DNA of 64,000 bases from Patescibacteria group bacterium (GTDB taxonomy: Bacteria; Patescibacteriota; Doudnabacteria; UBA920). The position numbers were made by a program, and so were the translations under genes. The stretch is taken from contig WARV01000002.1 in NCBI GenBank assembly GCA_013387205.1, positions 3,341-67,340 on the forward strand, read 5' to 3'. Below are positions 32,800 to 42,341 of the stretch, one piece after another. How positions within the stretch are numbered: position 1 is the first letter of the stretch; the number at the start of each line of letters is the position of its first letter. Under the pieces are notes generated by a model. The model was not told the origin of the DNA and made no database searches. It saw nothing but the letters and a program-made list of their open reading frames with translations.

Positions 32800-33651
32800 T
32801 TGGGCATTATGCCAAGAAAAAGGATTACAATTACTTTGAAAGAAGAAATTTTGCGGCAGATCGATAACGCGGTTGACGGCAGGGATGTGCGAAACAGGTC
32901 GCACGCGGTAGAGCACTTGTTGTCAAAAGCGCTGATGCAAAAGCCGGTCAAGGCTTTGATTTTAGCCGGAGGCAAAGGAGTGGATTTTCCGGAATTCCCT
33001 TCAGGGCTGCCAAAGGCCCTGCTGCCCATTGCCGGCAAGCCTTTGCTTGAGCACGTTTTGGTTAAACTTTGCCATTGCGGCATTAAGGACGCGATAGTTT
33101 CGGTTGGGCAGCAAGGCCAAAAAATAAAGGAGTACTTCGGCAACGGATTAAAATGGGGAATAAATATCAGCTACCTTGACCAGCAATCCGTGCAAAAAGG
33201 CACGGCCCAGCCCGTGCTTGAGGCAAAGGATTATTTTTCCTCGGGAGCTTTTTTACTGCTTTACGGCGATGTCTTAACCAGCATCAGCTATATGGATCTT
33301 TTAGATTTCCATAACAGCCAGACTGCCCTTGTCGCTACCATGGCTTTGGCTTCAGTGGAAAGGGTTAGTATGTGGGGCGTGGCCAGGCTGGTCGGTAGCA
33401 GGATTGTGGAGTTCGAGGAAAAACCCAAAAATCCCAAAACCCATTCCCATCTTGTAAATGCCGGAATTTACGTAGCCGAACCATCGATTTTTAAATATAT
33501 AGGCAAGGACGCGGTAAAATTGGAAAGCGAAGTGTTCCCGAGGCTGGCGGAAGAAGGCAAGCTCGGCGGATATTCTTATGACGGGTCGTGGTATGATGTT
33601 TCTACGCCGCAGGATTACCAGGAAGTTATCCACCACTTGAAGCTTGAATAA
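32800..33651 (+). CDS. Fusion of a ribbon-helix-helix (CopG/Arc-like) DNA-binding domain with a sugar-phosphate nucleotidyltransferase
   Basis: N-terminus MPRKRITITLKEEILRQIDNAV...RSHAVEHLL (RHH); then ALILAGGKG...LPKALLPIAGKPLLEH (NTP-transferase G-loop). Confidence 0.5.
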   Translation: MGIMPRKRITITLKEEILRQIDNAVDGRDVRNRSHAVEHLLSKALMQKPVKALILAGGKGVDFPEFPSGLPKALLPIAGKPLLEHVLVKLCHCGIKDAIVSVGQQGQKIKEYFGNGLKWGINISYLDQQSVQKGTAQPVLEAKDYFSSGAFLLLYGDVLTSISYMDLLDFHNSQTALVATMALASVERVSMWGVARLVGSRIVEFEEKPKNPKTHSHLVNAGIYVAEPSIFKYIGKDAVKLESEVFPRLAEEGKLGGYSYDGSWYDVSTPQDYQEVIHHLKLE

Positions 33652-33763
33652 AAATAAAATAGGAATATGATGAAAGTGCCGGCAGCAGGGAGTGCCTATT
33701 GCTAGAAAAAGCGTAGGCATTGCCTGCTGCCGGCACTTTATTAAATTAAGGATTCAGAATATA

Positions 33764-33894
33764 GTCACCCTTCGGGTGATCACCCGAAGGGTGAAATTTA
33801 GAGATAGTCAAACAAGGGGCGCCCCCCAATGGGGGATGCCCCTTGTAATATCTGATGAATGGCTCATCCGCCAAAAGGGCGGATGAGCCATTCA
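33764..33894. repeat. Cluster of three hairpins in a convergent intergenic region: a tcacccttcgggtga palindrome pair, a family-A hairpin (33822-33846) and a family-B-like hairpin (33856-33894)
   Basis: Direct reading; homologous to the hairpins at 18829-18910. Confidence 0.65.
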
Positions 33895-33924
33895 AACCCC
33901 TATTAACATTGGCTTTTTGTTCTT

Positions 33925-34710
33925 TTATAAAGAAGCGGTTTTTTTAAATAGCGCCTGGTGAAGGTTTGGGCCTGCAGCAATTATTCCGTCAGATTCAGGC
34001 GAAAGCTTTTTCCCGTGCCAGTCAGTTATTATGCCACCAGCTTCAGTTACAAGCAAAGCGCCTGCGGCAAAATCCCAAAGATTAATCTGTTCTGTATAAA
34101 AGAAATCAAACCTGCCTAAAGCTACGAAAGCCAGCTGCAGTTCGGCCGTGCCTAGCACCCTGGCTTTGCCGACATGTTTGCTTGCAATCCCGAACATTTT
34201 TTCTTTTTGGGCTTGGGGCATCTGGCTGGTCCAGCCAAAACACCCGCAAGCCTGGTTTAACTGCGCTGTTTTTGAGGCCCTAATTTTGTTTCCATTCAAG
34301 TAAGCACCCTGTTTTCTAATGGCTGTATATTGCTCATTGCTTATAGGATTTAAAATGACAGAGGCAAGCGGACCAGCGTAATCCCAAAGCGTAATGGAAA
34401 TGCAACACAAGGGAATGCCGTAGGCGAAATTCGTCGTGCCATCTATGGGGTCTATTATCCAAAGATATTGCCCTTTGTTGATTTTGGTTTTTCCTCCGAA
34501 CTCTTCCCCTAAGATCAAGTGGTCGGGAAATTTGGTGTTAATATGTTTCCTTATGATTTTTTCGATTGCCAAATCGGAATCCGTAACCAGGCTGCCAACA
34601 GCGCTGTCTTTATAGCGGACTGACGTGTTGCCGAAATTTTTCAGAAAAATCTTACTGCTTTCTTTGGCAGCTTTTAAGGCGAGATTCAAATATTGTCTGT
34701 TGTTATCCAT
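33925..34710 (-). CDS. Inositol monophosphatase family protein (SuhB/IMPase-like)
   Basis: WIIDPIDGTTNFAYG motif; ~261 aa. Confidence 0.85.
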   Translation of the reverse strand: MDNNRQYLNLALKAAKESSKIFLKNFGNTSVRYKDSAVGSLVTDSDLAIEKIIRKHINTKFPDHLILGEEFGGKTKINKGQYLWIIDPIDGTTNFAYGIPLCCISITLWDYAGPLASVILNPISNEQYTAIRKQGAYLNGNKIRASKTAQLNQACGCFGWTSQMPQAQKEKMFGIASKHVGKARVLGTAELQLAFVALGRFDFFYTEQINLWDFAAGALLVTEAGGIITDWHGKKLSPESDGIIAAGPNLHQALFKKTASL

Positions 34711-34752
34711 AAGTTTATTATACTATATCGAGATGGTATAATACCAATAAGT

Positions 34753-34846
34753 ATAACCCGAATCTACGAATTTATCCAAATGCCACGAATAATAAATGGG
34801 TGCATTTGGGGCATTCGTATATTATTCGGGTAATTAGGATTATATA
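34753..34846. repeat. Family-P dyad repeat, copy 3, ending 4 nt before the ATG of the EndoQ-like gene
   Basis: See 4873-5023. Confidence 0.75.
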
Positions 34847-34849
34847 TTT

Positions 34850-36229
34850 ATGAGAATAATTTCCGATTTACATATTCACTCAAAATATAGCAGGGCCTGC
34901 TCGCAGGACTTAAACCCAAAAAACATTGGTGTTTGGGCGGACAAGAAAGGCATTGGCATAATCGGCACCGGGGATTTTACGCATCCGGCCTGGCTTAATT
35001 TATTAAAACAAGAATTAGAAGAAACGCGTCCGGGTTTATATCAACTTCGAAATAATATGACTACCAGGCCGTCCTCCGAAGCCTTGGCGAAGGAGGACCG
35101 TTCTCCCGCGGCATATTTTTTATTGTCCGTAGAAATCTCATCCATTTACAAACAGGGCGATAAAGTCAGAAGGATCCATCTGTTAGTATTAGCGCCAAAT
35201 TTTGATGCGGCTGAAAAATTCAACCAGGGACTTGAGAAGCGCGGGGCAAATTTAAAAGCAGACGGCCGGCCAATTACCGGAATACACTGCGATGAAATTG
35301 TGAAAATTGCGCAGGAGGCAGATCCCGACATTGTGATAATTCCAGCCCATGCCTGGACACCGCATTTTGGGTTGTTTGGTTCCTTGTCCGGATTTGATTC
35401 CGTGGAAGAAGCTTTTGGTAATGAGTCTAATTTCATCTTTGCCCTTGAAACCGGACTTTCAAGCGATCCAAAAATGAACTGGCAAATATCCGGCCTGGAT
35501 AAATTTTCCCTGGTTTCGAATTCTGACGCACACTCCCTGCGCAAGATCGGAAGGGAAGCAAACGCGTTTGAAGTTAATCCTGAAAAATTATCATTCCAGG
35601 AAATCATCAGAATCATAAAATCAAAAAATCCTGCGGAATTTCTTTATACTATTGAATTTTTTCCTGAGGAAGGAAAGTATCATTTGGACGGGCACCGCGA
35701 CTGCAAGTTTTCCTGTGAGCCGGGCCAGACGAAAAAAATGGCCGGTATCTGTCCTGTTTGCGGCAAGAAACTTTTGGTCGGGGTATTGCATCGCGTGGAT
35801 GATTTAGCGGATAGGGGTTATGGCTTCGTGCCGGAAAGGTCGGTTCCGTTTAAAAACGTCATTCCTTTGGAAGAAATTATTGCCGAAACTTTGGAAGTCG
35901 GCGTGGCGAGCAAGAAGGTTAGCGCCATGTATGAGAGGATGGTTGGTTCTGTAGGGGCGGATATTATCCGCCCTGATAACGGGAAGATATTATCTTCCCC
36001 TACAGGGAGACGTGATTCATATGGCGAATTTGCCATCCTTCTCGACCTCTCTGAAAATCAAATCGCCCAAATCTCCACTCCTGAAATTGCCAAATCCATC
36101 ATCCGCGTCAGAGAGGGTAGTGTCCATGTCGAAGGTGGTTATGATGGGGTGTTCGGTAAAATCCATATATACGATGGTGAAGAAAAAAAGAAGATTTTTA
36201 AAAAACCTGAACAAAAAGAGCTTTTTTAA
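34850..36229 (+). CDS. PHP-domain protein of the endonuclease Q-like (TIGR00375) family
   Basis: N-terminus ISDLHIHSKYSRACS...IIGTGDFTHPAW (PHP); C-terminal zinc ribbon GICPVCGKKLL. Confidence 0.5.
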   Translation: MRIISDLHIHSKYSRACSQDLNPKNIGVWADKKGIGIIGTGDFTHPAWLNLLKQELEETRPGLYQLRNNMTTRPSSEALAKEDRSPAAYFLLSVEISSIYKQGDKVRRIHLLVLAPNFDAAEKFNQGLEKRGANLKADGRPITGIHCDEIVKIAQEADPDIVIIPAHAWTPHFGLFGSLSGFDSVEEAFGNESNFIFALETGLSSDPKMNWQISGLDKFSLVSNSDAHSLRKIGREANAFEVNPEKLSFQEIIRIIKSKNPAEFLYTIEFFPEEGKYHLDGHRDCKFSCEPGQTKKMAGICPVCGKKLLVGVLHRVDDLADRGYGFVPERSVPFKNVIPLEEIIAETLEVGVASKKVSAMYERMVGSVGADIIRPDNGKILSSPTGRRDSYGEFAILLDLSENQIAQISTPEIAKSIIRVREGSVHVEGGYDGVFGKIHIYDGEEKKKIFKKPEQKELF

Positions 36230-36310
36230 AACAGCAATTATCTCCTTATTGCTTTGGTAAATTTTTTCCAATAGGGCTTTGTCCCAAAGAAAAAATTTTT
36301 AATAGGCTTG

Positions 36311-36337
36311 AGCCCGCAAAAAAGTTGCGGGCTTTTC
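36311..36337 (+). terminator. Rho-independent terminator
   Basis: agcccgcaa aaaagtt gcgggct + TTTTC. Confidence 0.7.
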
Positions 36338-36570
36338 AAATTGCAGTAAGGTGTAGGTAAAGCTGCCGTCCTAAAAACTGCAATTAATAATTAAGGAGGG
36401 TTGCTGCCATAACTCTTCTTGATTCATCCAGGCAAAACCCCGACACTATCCAAAATTGATTATTGAATTGTTAAATATATGTTTTTGCTACAGAATTATC
36501 GTATTTAAATAATTTTCCAATAAATATTTTGGATGACATCGGGTAAACTTGGGGGTGCACCTAAACCCCT

Positions 36571-38052
36571 ATGAGGATTTTGATTTTTTTAATTTTATTT
36601 ATTTTAGTATCAATCTTTCTGCCTAAGAATGAACTAATAAAAGAAGCTAAGGCTGATAGTTATGTCCCAAGCGGCAATAAAAATTTATATGTCCGCGTTG
36701 TTTTGGCGAATTTTTCCAACGCCTCTTTTTCCGGTGTTACTCCCGGAGAAATGTCCAGTCAGATGTTTTACTCCTACGATTCCGTAAGGTCTTTTTACAA
36801 CGAAGAATCTTACGGCAAGGTTTCCATAACCGGAGACGTTTATGGCTGGTTTAATTTGCCGGCCAAACAAAGCTGCGATGCTGAATCGGTTTTTGACCAG
36901 GCTGTCGCTGCTGCGGGGATAAGCGTTTCTTCCATAAGCGGAAGTTCGCCGGTCGTGGTAGTGGCGCCTTTTGGCCCGTCGTATTGCGGCTGGGTCGGGT
37001 ATTCGTCGCTCAGCAGGAATTTGATTGCCGTAACTACAACTAACCCGAATTTTGTCGCCACTATCGCCCATGAACTTGGGCATACGCTGGGTTTGGCGCA
37101 CGCCAGTTTTTATAACTGCGACAACCGGATGTTGTTTAGCATCCAAAACTGCATAGTTGAAGAATACGGAGATGATTATGACGTGATGGGCAGCGGCAGC
37201 GTTAAGATGGTCCACATGGACGCAGTGCATAAAGAATTTGCAGGATGGTTTAATAGCAGTAATATCCAGGCAGTGGCAAATAGCGGCCAGTATTTTTTGG
37301 AAAGTATTGAAAACACCTCTTCAAAAACCAAGGCGATAAAAATCAACCGCGGCGACGGCCAGTATTTTTATCTGGAATACCGCCAGCCGACCGGGTTTGA
37401 CCGCAATCTGGACAGCCAGCAAATTTTCGGCGGAGTGCTTATTCATTTGGCCCCCAATCATTCTTCCAAATCATATTTGATAAATCCGCTGTCCCCAAGC
37501 CAGGCGACAAATCCGGCATTGCCGGTCGGCAGGTTTTTTAGCGACCCAGTTTCTGGTATTACCATTGCCCCGGCTTACCAAACCAATTCCGGAATTTATG
37601 TCGATATTACTTTTCCAAGCGCGCAAGCGTTAACCAGTTACAGCTTGCCTAGCCAGTTTGCAACCGGAGATTTGGTTTCCGACCAGGGTACGGTTTATTG
37701 GATTGTCGGCAGGAATAAAATTGCTTTTACCAGCGCAGGGTTATTTTCTTCTTTGGGCTTTTCTTGGGGCTCGGTTAAGAACGGTGATGTATCAAATTAT
37801 CAGGAAATGGAAAAATTAATGGTTAACACAAAAAACTCCAGGCACCCCATTGGCGCTTGGGTTAAGTATGGAAATACCATTTATTATAGCCATGAATCCG
37901 GCCTTATTCCCGTGCCTTCCTGGGAGGTATTCTTGTCCAATGGCGGCAGTTTGGATAAAACTTTTAATGCCAACCAGACTGACGTTAACCTAATAAAGAA
38001 AAGTTATAATCTCAAAATCCTTGAGAGTAATGATTATAGAATATACAAATAA
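36571..38052 (+). CDS. Secreted metzincin-type zinc metalloprotease
   Basis: Signal peptide; HELGHTLGLAH = HExxHxxGxxH. Confidence 0.7.
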   Translation: MRILIFLILFILVSIFLPKNELIKEAKADSYVPSGNKNLYVRVVLANFSNASFSGVTPGEMSSQMFYSYDSVRSFYNEESYGKVSITGDVYGWFNLPAKQSCDAESVFDQAVAAAGISVSSISGSSPVVVVAPFGPSYCGWVGYSSLSRNLIAVTTTNPNFVATIAHELGHTLGLAHASFYNCDNRMLFSIQNCIVEEYGDDYDVMGSGSVKMVHMDAVHKEFAGWFNSSNIQAVANSGQYFLESIENTSSKTKAIKINRGDGQYFYLEYRQPTGFDRNLDSQQIFGGVLIHLAPNHSSKSYLINPLSPSQATNPALPVGRFFSDPVSGITIAPAYQTNSGIYVDITFPSAQALTSYSLPSQFATGDLVSDQGTVYWIVGRNKIAFTSAGLFSSLGFSWGSVKNGDVSNYQEMEKLMVNTKNSRHPIGAWVKYGNTIYYSHESGLIPVPSWEVFLSNGGSLDKTFNANQTDVNLIKKSYNLKILESNDYRIYK

Positions 38053-38236
38053 TATGATACTAATATACTAATTGGAATACTAATAATACTAATTCTCTTA
38101 TAAGATTATTATTTAGATAATTTCGTATTATTAGTATCATTCGCATGTATTCGTATATTGGTATCACATAATTTGTTTTTAAACCAAATAAATGTTAAAA
38201 TAAACACAGAAACAGCATTAATCTCAAGGAAATTAG

Positions 38237-39628
38237 ATGAAAAAAACCAAAATTGTTTGTACGCTTGGTCCGGCATCTTCGACGGTGAAAACCATTACGG
38301 AAATGGTTGAAGCGGGTATGGATGTGGCGCGCTTAAATTTCAGCCACGGCGATTACGACAGCCACCAGCAGCTGGCTAACAATGTCAGGGTGGTTTCCGA
38401 GAAGCTAAAAACCCCCATTGCCATAATCCAGGATTTGCATGGCCCGAAAATCCGCGTCAAGAATTTAAAAGCTCCGTTAGACGTCAAGACAGGGGAAACC
38501 GTGGTTATTGGCGAGGATTTTGATTTGGATGCAGAAGTGGTAAAAAGCATCAGGCTCAAGCAGCATATTTTAATAGAAGACGGGCTCATTGAAATGGAAG
38601 TGCAAAAAATTATCGGAAGAAAAGTTTATTGCACGGCTTTGTCTTCGGGCAAGATTCAGGACAAGAAAGGCGTGAACTTGCCCAGGACCAGGCTGAAAAT
38701 TCCCATTTTGACTGAAAAAGATGTCCAAGATTTGAAATTCGGCCTTAAGATGGATGTGGATTATATTGCCTTGTCTTTTGTCCGCACGGCCCAGGACGTC
38801 AGGAATTTAAAAAAACTTATTGACAAGTATAATCCGAAAAATTTCGACAAGCCGAAAATTATTACCAAAATAGAAAAACCGGAAGCAGTTAAAAATTTTG
38901 ACAGTATCCTAAAGGAATCGGACGCCATAATGGTGGCCAGGGGAGATTTGGGCGTGGAGATGCCGGAAGCGCAGGTGCCAATTATCCAAAAAACTATTAT
39001 CCAAAAATGCCTTAAAGCGGCCAAGCCGGTTATTGTTGCCACGCAGATGCTGGACTCCATGATTAAAAATCCAAGGCCTACAAGAGCAGAAGTTTCGGAT
39101 GTGGCCAATGCGGTTATTGACCAGACTGATTGCGTTATGCTTTCCGGCGAGACTGCCTTTGGACGCTATCCGGTAAAGACCGTACAACAGATGGCAAAAA
39201 TAATCGAAGTTACGGAAAAAAGCGCGTTCTTGCCAGGACATAAGCACTTGCTGGAAAAAGCCGTTTCCAGGTCAGAGGCTATTGCCGAAAGCATAAATAA
39301 CCTGGCGACTAATACTCACGCGCGCGTGATTATCGGCGCCACTGACAGCGGTTTCACTGCCAGGGAAATTGCGCACGAACGTCCCATTATGGCAAATATT
39401 GTCATGCTGACCCCAAGGGAAAAAGTGCAAAGGCAAATGTGCATGTTGTGGGGTGTACAGAGCTTTTTAGTCCCCATAGTCAAAACTTACGAAAAACTTT
39501 TAGCTTTGATGATTGAAACTGCTAAGACCCACAAGCTTATTAAAAAGGGAGAAAAGTTGGTCATTGTCACCGGAGAACCTTTGGGCATGAAAGAGAATTT
39601 GAATTTGGTGGAAGTGAAGACAGTGTAG
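38237..39628 (+). CDS. pyk: Pyruvate kinase
   Basis: MKKTKIVCTLGPAS N-terminus; MVARGDLGVE; ~463 aa. Confidence 0.92.
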   Translation: MKKTKIVCTLGPASSTVKTITEMVEAGMDVARLNFSHGDYDSHQQLANNVRVVSEKLKTPIAIIQDLHGPKIRVKNLKAPLDVKTGETVVIGEDFDLDAEVVKSIRLKQHILIEDGLIEMEVQKIIGRKVYCTALSSGKIQDKKGVNLPRTRLKIPILTEKDVQDLKFGLKMDVDYIALSFVRTAQDVRNLKKLIDKYNPKNFDKPKIITKIEKPEAVKNFDSILKESDAIMVARGDLGVEMPEAQVPIIQKTIIQKCLKAAKPVIVATQMLDSMIKNPRPTRAEVSDVANAVIDQTDCVMLSGETAFGRYPVKTVQQMAKIIEVTEKSAFLPGHKHLLEKAVSRSEAIAESINNLATNTHARVIIGATDSGFTAREIAHERPIMANIVMLTPREKVQRQMCMLWGVQSFLVPIVKTYEKLLALMIETAKTHKLIKKGEKLVIVTGEPLGMKENLNLVEVKTV

Positions 39629-39667
39629 GGCAGAATTTAGAAGATAGAATCTAGAATTTAGGATTTT

Positions 39668-39702
39668 AAGGGGCATCCTTGCATTCGCAAGGATGCCCCT
39701 TG
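39668..39702. repeat. Family-A REP-like hairpin (aaggggcatccttg ...loop... caaggatgccccttg) at the 3' end of pyk
   Basis: Same stem sequence as at 18829 and 33822. Confidence 0.7.
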
Positions 39703-39815
39703 TTGTTAGATTTATGGTGTAATAAAAATCAAATTTTTATAAATTGTCTTGTTATGGTATAATAATAGTATAAAATTTCTTTTGTGAAATAAAATTATCA
39801 ATAAATAAAAAATTT

Positions 39816-42335
39816 ATGGGCAATACAGCAAAACAAAGGCAAAACGCTTACGTTTTATGGTTCGATGAAATTTCCAAAGAAGATATTCCTTTGGTTGGCG
39901 GCAAGAACGCCAACCTGGGGGAAATGTACCAAAAGCTGACTAAGACACCGAGCAAAATTTTTAAAGGCGAAACTATTAAAGTGCCTTACGGTTTTGCCGT
40001 GACCGCGGAAAGCTACCGTTATTTTGTTAAAGCCAACCAGCTTGACGTAAAAATCGCCTCCATATTGAAGGGGTTGGATACAGGAAATATCAAAGATTTG
40101 GAAGAAAAAGGACAGGAAGTCAGGCAGGCGATTTTGGGCGCCAAATTCCCGGAAGACTTGGAAAAAGAAATAAAAAATTCCTACACGGAAATGGCTGAGC
40201 GACTGCATATAGACAAGGGCAGTCTGGATGTGGCGGTTAGGTCTTCTGCCACAGCCGAAGATTTGCCCGACGCCAGCTTTGCCGGCCAGCAGGAGTCTTA
40301 TTTAAATATCAACGGCGAATACCAGTTGCTTGAAGCTATCAAAAAATGCATTGCCTCCCTATTCACCAATCGCGCAATTTCTTACAGGGTAGACAGGAAA
40401 TTCGACCATTTTCAAATTGCTTTGTCTGTGGCTGTGCAAAAAATGGTCAGGTCAGACCGCGGCTCTAGTGGAGTTATGTTTACGCTTGATACCGAAAGCG
40501 GCTTTAAGAATGTGGTGCTGATTAACGCTGCGTGGGGACTTGGGGAATTTGTGGTCAAGGGAGTGGTGACGCCGGATGAATACATGGTCTTTAAGCCCAC
40601 TTTAAAGCAAGGTTTTAATGCGCTTATTTCCAAAAAATTAGGCAGCAAGGAAAAGAAACTTATCTATTCCAGCGAAGGTATTGCGCCGACCAAAGAAGTG
40701 CCGGTTACCGAAGCTGACCGCCATCAGTTCGTTTTATCTGAAGAGCAAATTTTGCAATTGTCCCGCTGGGGCGTAATTATAGAAGAACACTACGGCCGGC
40801 CAATGGATATTGAATGGGCTTATGACGGCGTGACCAGGGAATTGTATATCGTGCAGGCCAGGCCGGAAACTGTGCAGGCCAGAAAAGACCAGAATGTTTT
40901 GGAAGAATACGTGATGCTTGAAAAGGGCAGGATTTTGGTCAAAGGCGCGGCGGTCGGCGCGAAAATCGGGCAGGGCAAGGCGCACTTTATAAAAGATGCC
41001 AGCCAGATCAGCGAATTCCAGGAAGGCGAAGTTTTGGTGACGGAAATCACCGATCCGGACTGGGAGCCGATTATGAAAATGGCCAGTGCCATTGTCACCA
41101 ATTCCGGAGGACGGACCAGCCATGCGGCTATTGTTTCGCGCGAACTGGGGATTCCGGCCGTGGTCGGCTGCGGCAATGCAACAAAAATTTTGCAGACCGG
41201 CCAGCCGATTACCGTGTGCTGCGCCGAAGGCGAAGAAGGCAAAATTTATGAAGGCTTGCTGAAATTCAAAATTGAAAAACACGATTTGAAGAATTTTGTT
41301 GCGCCGAAAACCCAGATTAAAATGATTGTCGCAGACCCGGAACTTGTGTTCGGTTATTCGTTCATACCGAACCAGGGTGTGGGTTTGGCGCGCGAGGAAT
41401 TTATAATTTCCAACTTCATTAAAATCCATCCCAACGCGCTGCTTAATTACGACAAGCTTACGGACGAACACGTAAAGAGGCAGATAGACGAGCTGACCGT
41501 GGGTTACAGCAACAAAGTGGATTTTTACGTGCACAAGCTGGCGTACGGCATAGGGATTCTGGCTTCGGCATTTTATCCGAACGAGGTGATTTTAAGGTTT
41601 AGCGATTTTAAAACCAATGAGTACGCCAGCTTGATTGGCGGGCGAGACTTCGAACCTAATGAAGAAAACCCGATGATCGGTTGGAGAGGGGCTTCTAGGT
41701 ATTATGACCCGAATTTTTCGGCTGCGTTCGCTTTGGAATGCCAGGCGGTTAAAAAGGTGCGCGAGGAAATGGGTTTGTACAACTTAAAGACCATGATTCC
41801 GTTCTGCCGCACGCCGGAGGAAGGCGCCAAGGTTTTGGCGGAAATGGAAAAGAACGGGCTTAAGAGAAACAAGAATCAGGAATCGGGAATTAAGAGAACG
41901 GTCAAAAAAATTAAATCCAAAATCATCAAATCATCAAATCCGATTAATCAGGATCTCGAGGTTTGGTGCATGGCGGAAATCCCATCCAATATTTTGCTGG
42001 TTGAAGAATTCGGCGCGTTGTTTGACGGTTTTTCCATAGGCAGTAACGACTTAACCCAGCTGACCATGGGTATTGACCGCGATGGCAAGCTGGTTGCGCA
42101 TATTGCCAACGAAAAGAGCGAGGCGGTCAAAAAACTTATTAGGGATCTTATTTCCAAAGCGCACAAGATTGGCCTTAAGGTCGGCATCTGCGGGCAGGGA
42201 CCGTCTGACTTTCCGGATTTTGCCGAATTTTTGGTCAGGGAAGGCATTGACTCTTTATCATTACAACCTGATACAGTCCTGAAAACCGCCATTCGCATAA
42301 AAGAGCTGGAAGATTCAATGAAAAAGAAAAAATAG
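39816..42335 (+). CDS. ppsA: Phosphoenolpyruvate synthase (pyruvate, water dikinase) family
   Basis: N-terminal ATP-grasp-like PLVGGKNANLGEM; mobile His domain GGRTSHAAIVSRELGIPAVVG; C-terminal PEP-utilizing domain. Confidence 0.85.
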   Translation: MGNTAKQRQNAYVLWFDEISKEDIPLVGGKNANLGEMYQKLTKTPSKIFKGETIKVPYGFAVTAESYRYFVKANQLDVKIASILKGLDTGNIKDLEEKGQEVRQAILGAKFPEDLEKEIKNSYTEMAERLHIDKGSLDVAVRSSATAEDLPDASFAGQQESYLNINGEYQLLEAIKKCIASLFTNRAISYRVDRKFDHFQIALSVAVQKMVRSDRGSSGVMFTLDTESGFKNVVLINAAWGLGEFVVKGVVTPDEYMVFKPTLKQGFNALISKKLGSKEKKLIYSSEGIAPTKEVPVTEADRHQFVLSEEQILQLSRWGVIIEEHYGRPMDIEWAYDGVTRELYIVQARPETVQARKDQNVLEEYVMLEKGRILVKGAAVGAKIGQGKAHFIKDASQISEFQEGEVLVTEITDPDWEPIMKMASAIVTNSGGRTSHAAIVSRELGIPAVVGCGNATKILQTGQPITVCCAEGEEGKIYEGLLKFKIEKHDLKNFVAPKTQIKMIVADPELVFGYSFIPNQGVGLAREEFIISNFIKIHPNALLNYDKLTDEHVKRQIDELTVGYSNKVDFYVHKLAYGIGILASAFYPNEVILRFSDFKTNEYASLIGGRDFEPNEENPMIGWRGASRYYDPNFSAAFALECQAVKKVREEMGLYNLKTMIPFCRTPEEGAKVLAEMEKNGLKRNKNQESGIKRTVKKIKSKIIKSSNPINQDLEVWCMAEIPSNILLVEEFGALFDGFSIGSNDLTQLTMGIDRDGKLVAHIANEKSEAVKKLIRDLISKAHKIGLKVGICGQGPSDFPDFAEFLVREGIDSLSLQPDTVLKTAIRIKELEDSMKKKK

Positions 42336-42341
42336 AACCAT

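Noticed and set aside
40412-41534. Minus-strand ORFs of 140-266 aa inside ppsA
   Set aside because: Lie wholly within a strongly supported PEP synthase CDS on the other strand; GC-skewed antisense frames commonly stay open by chance.
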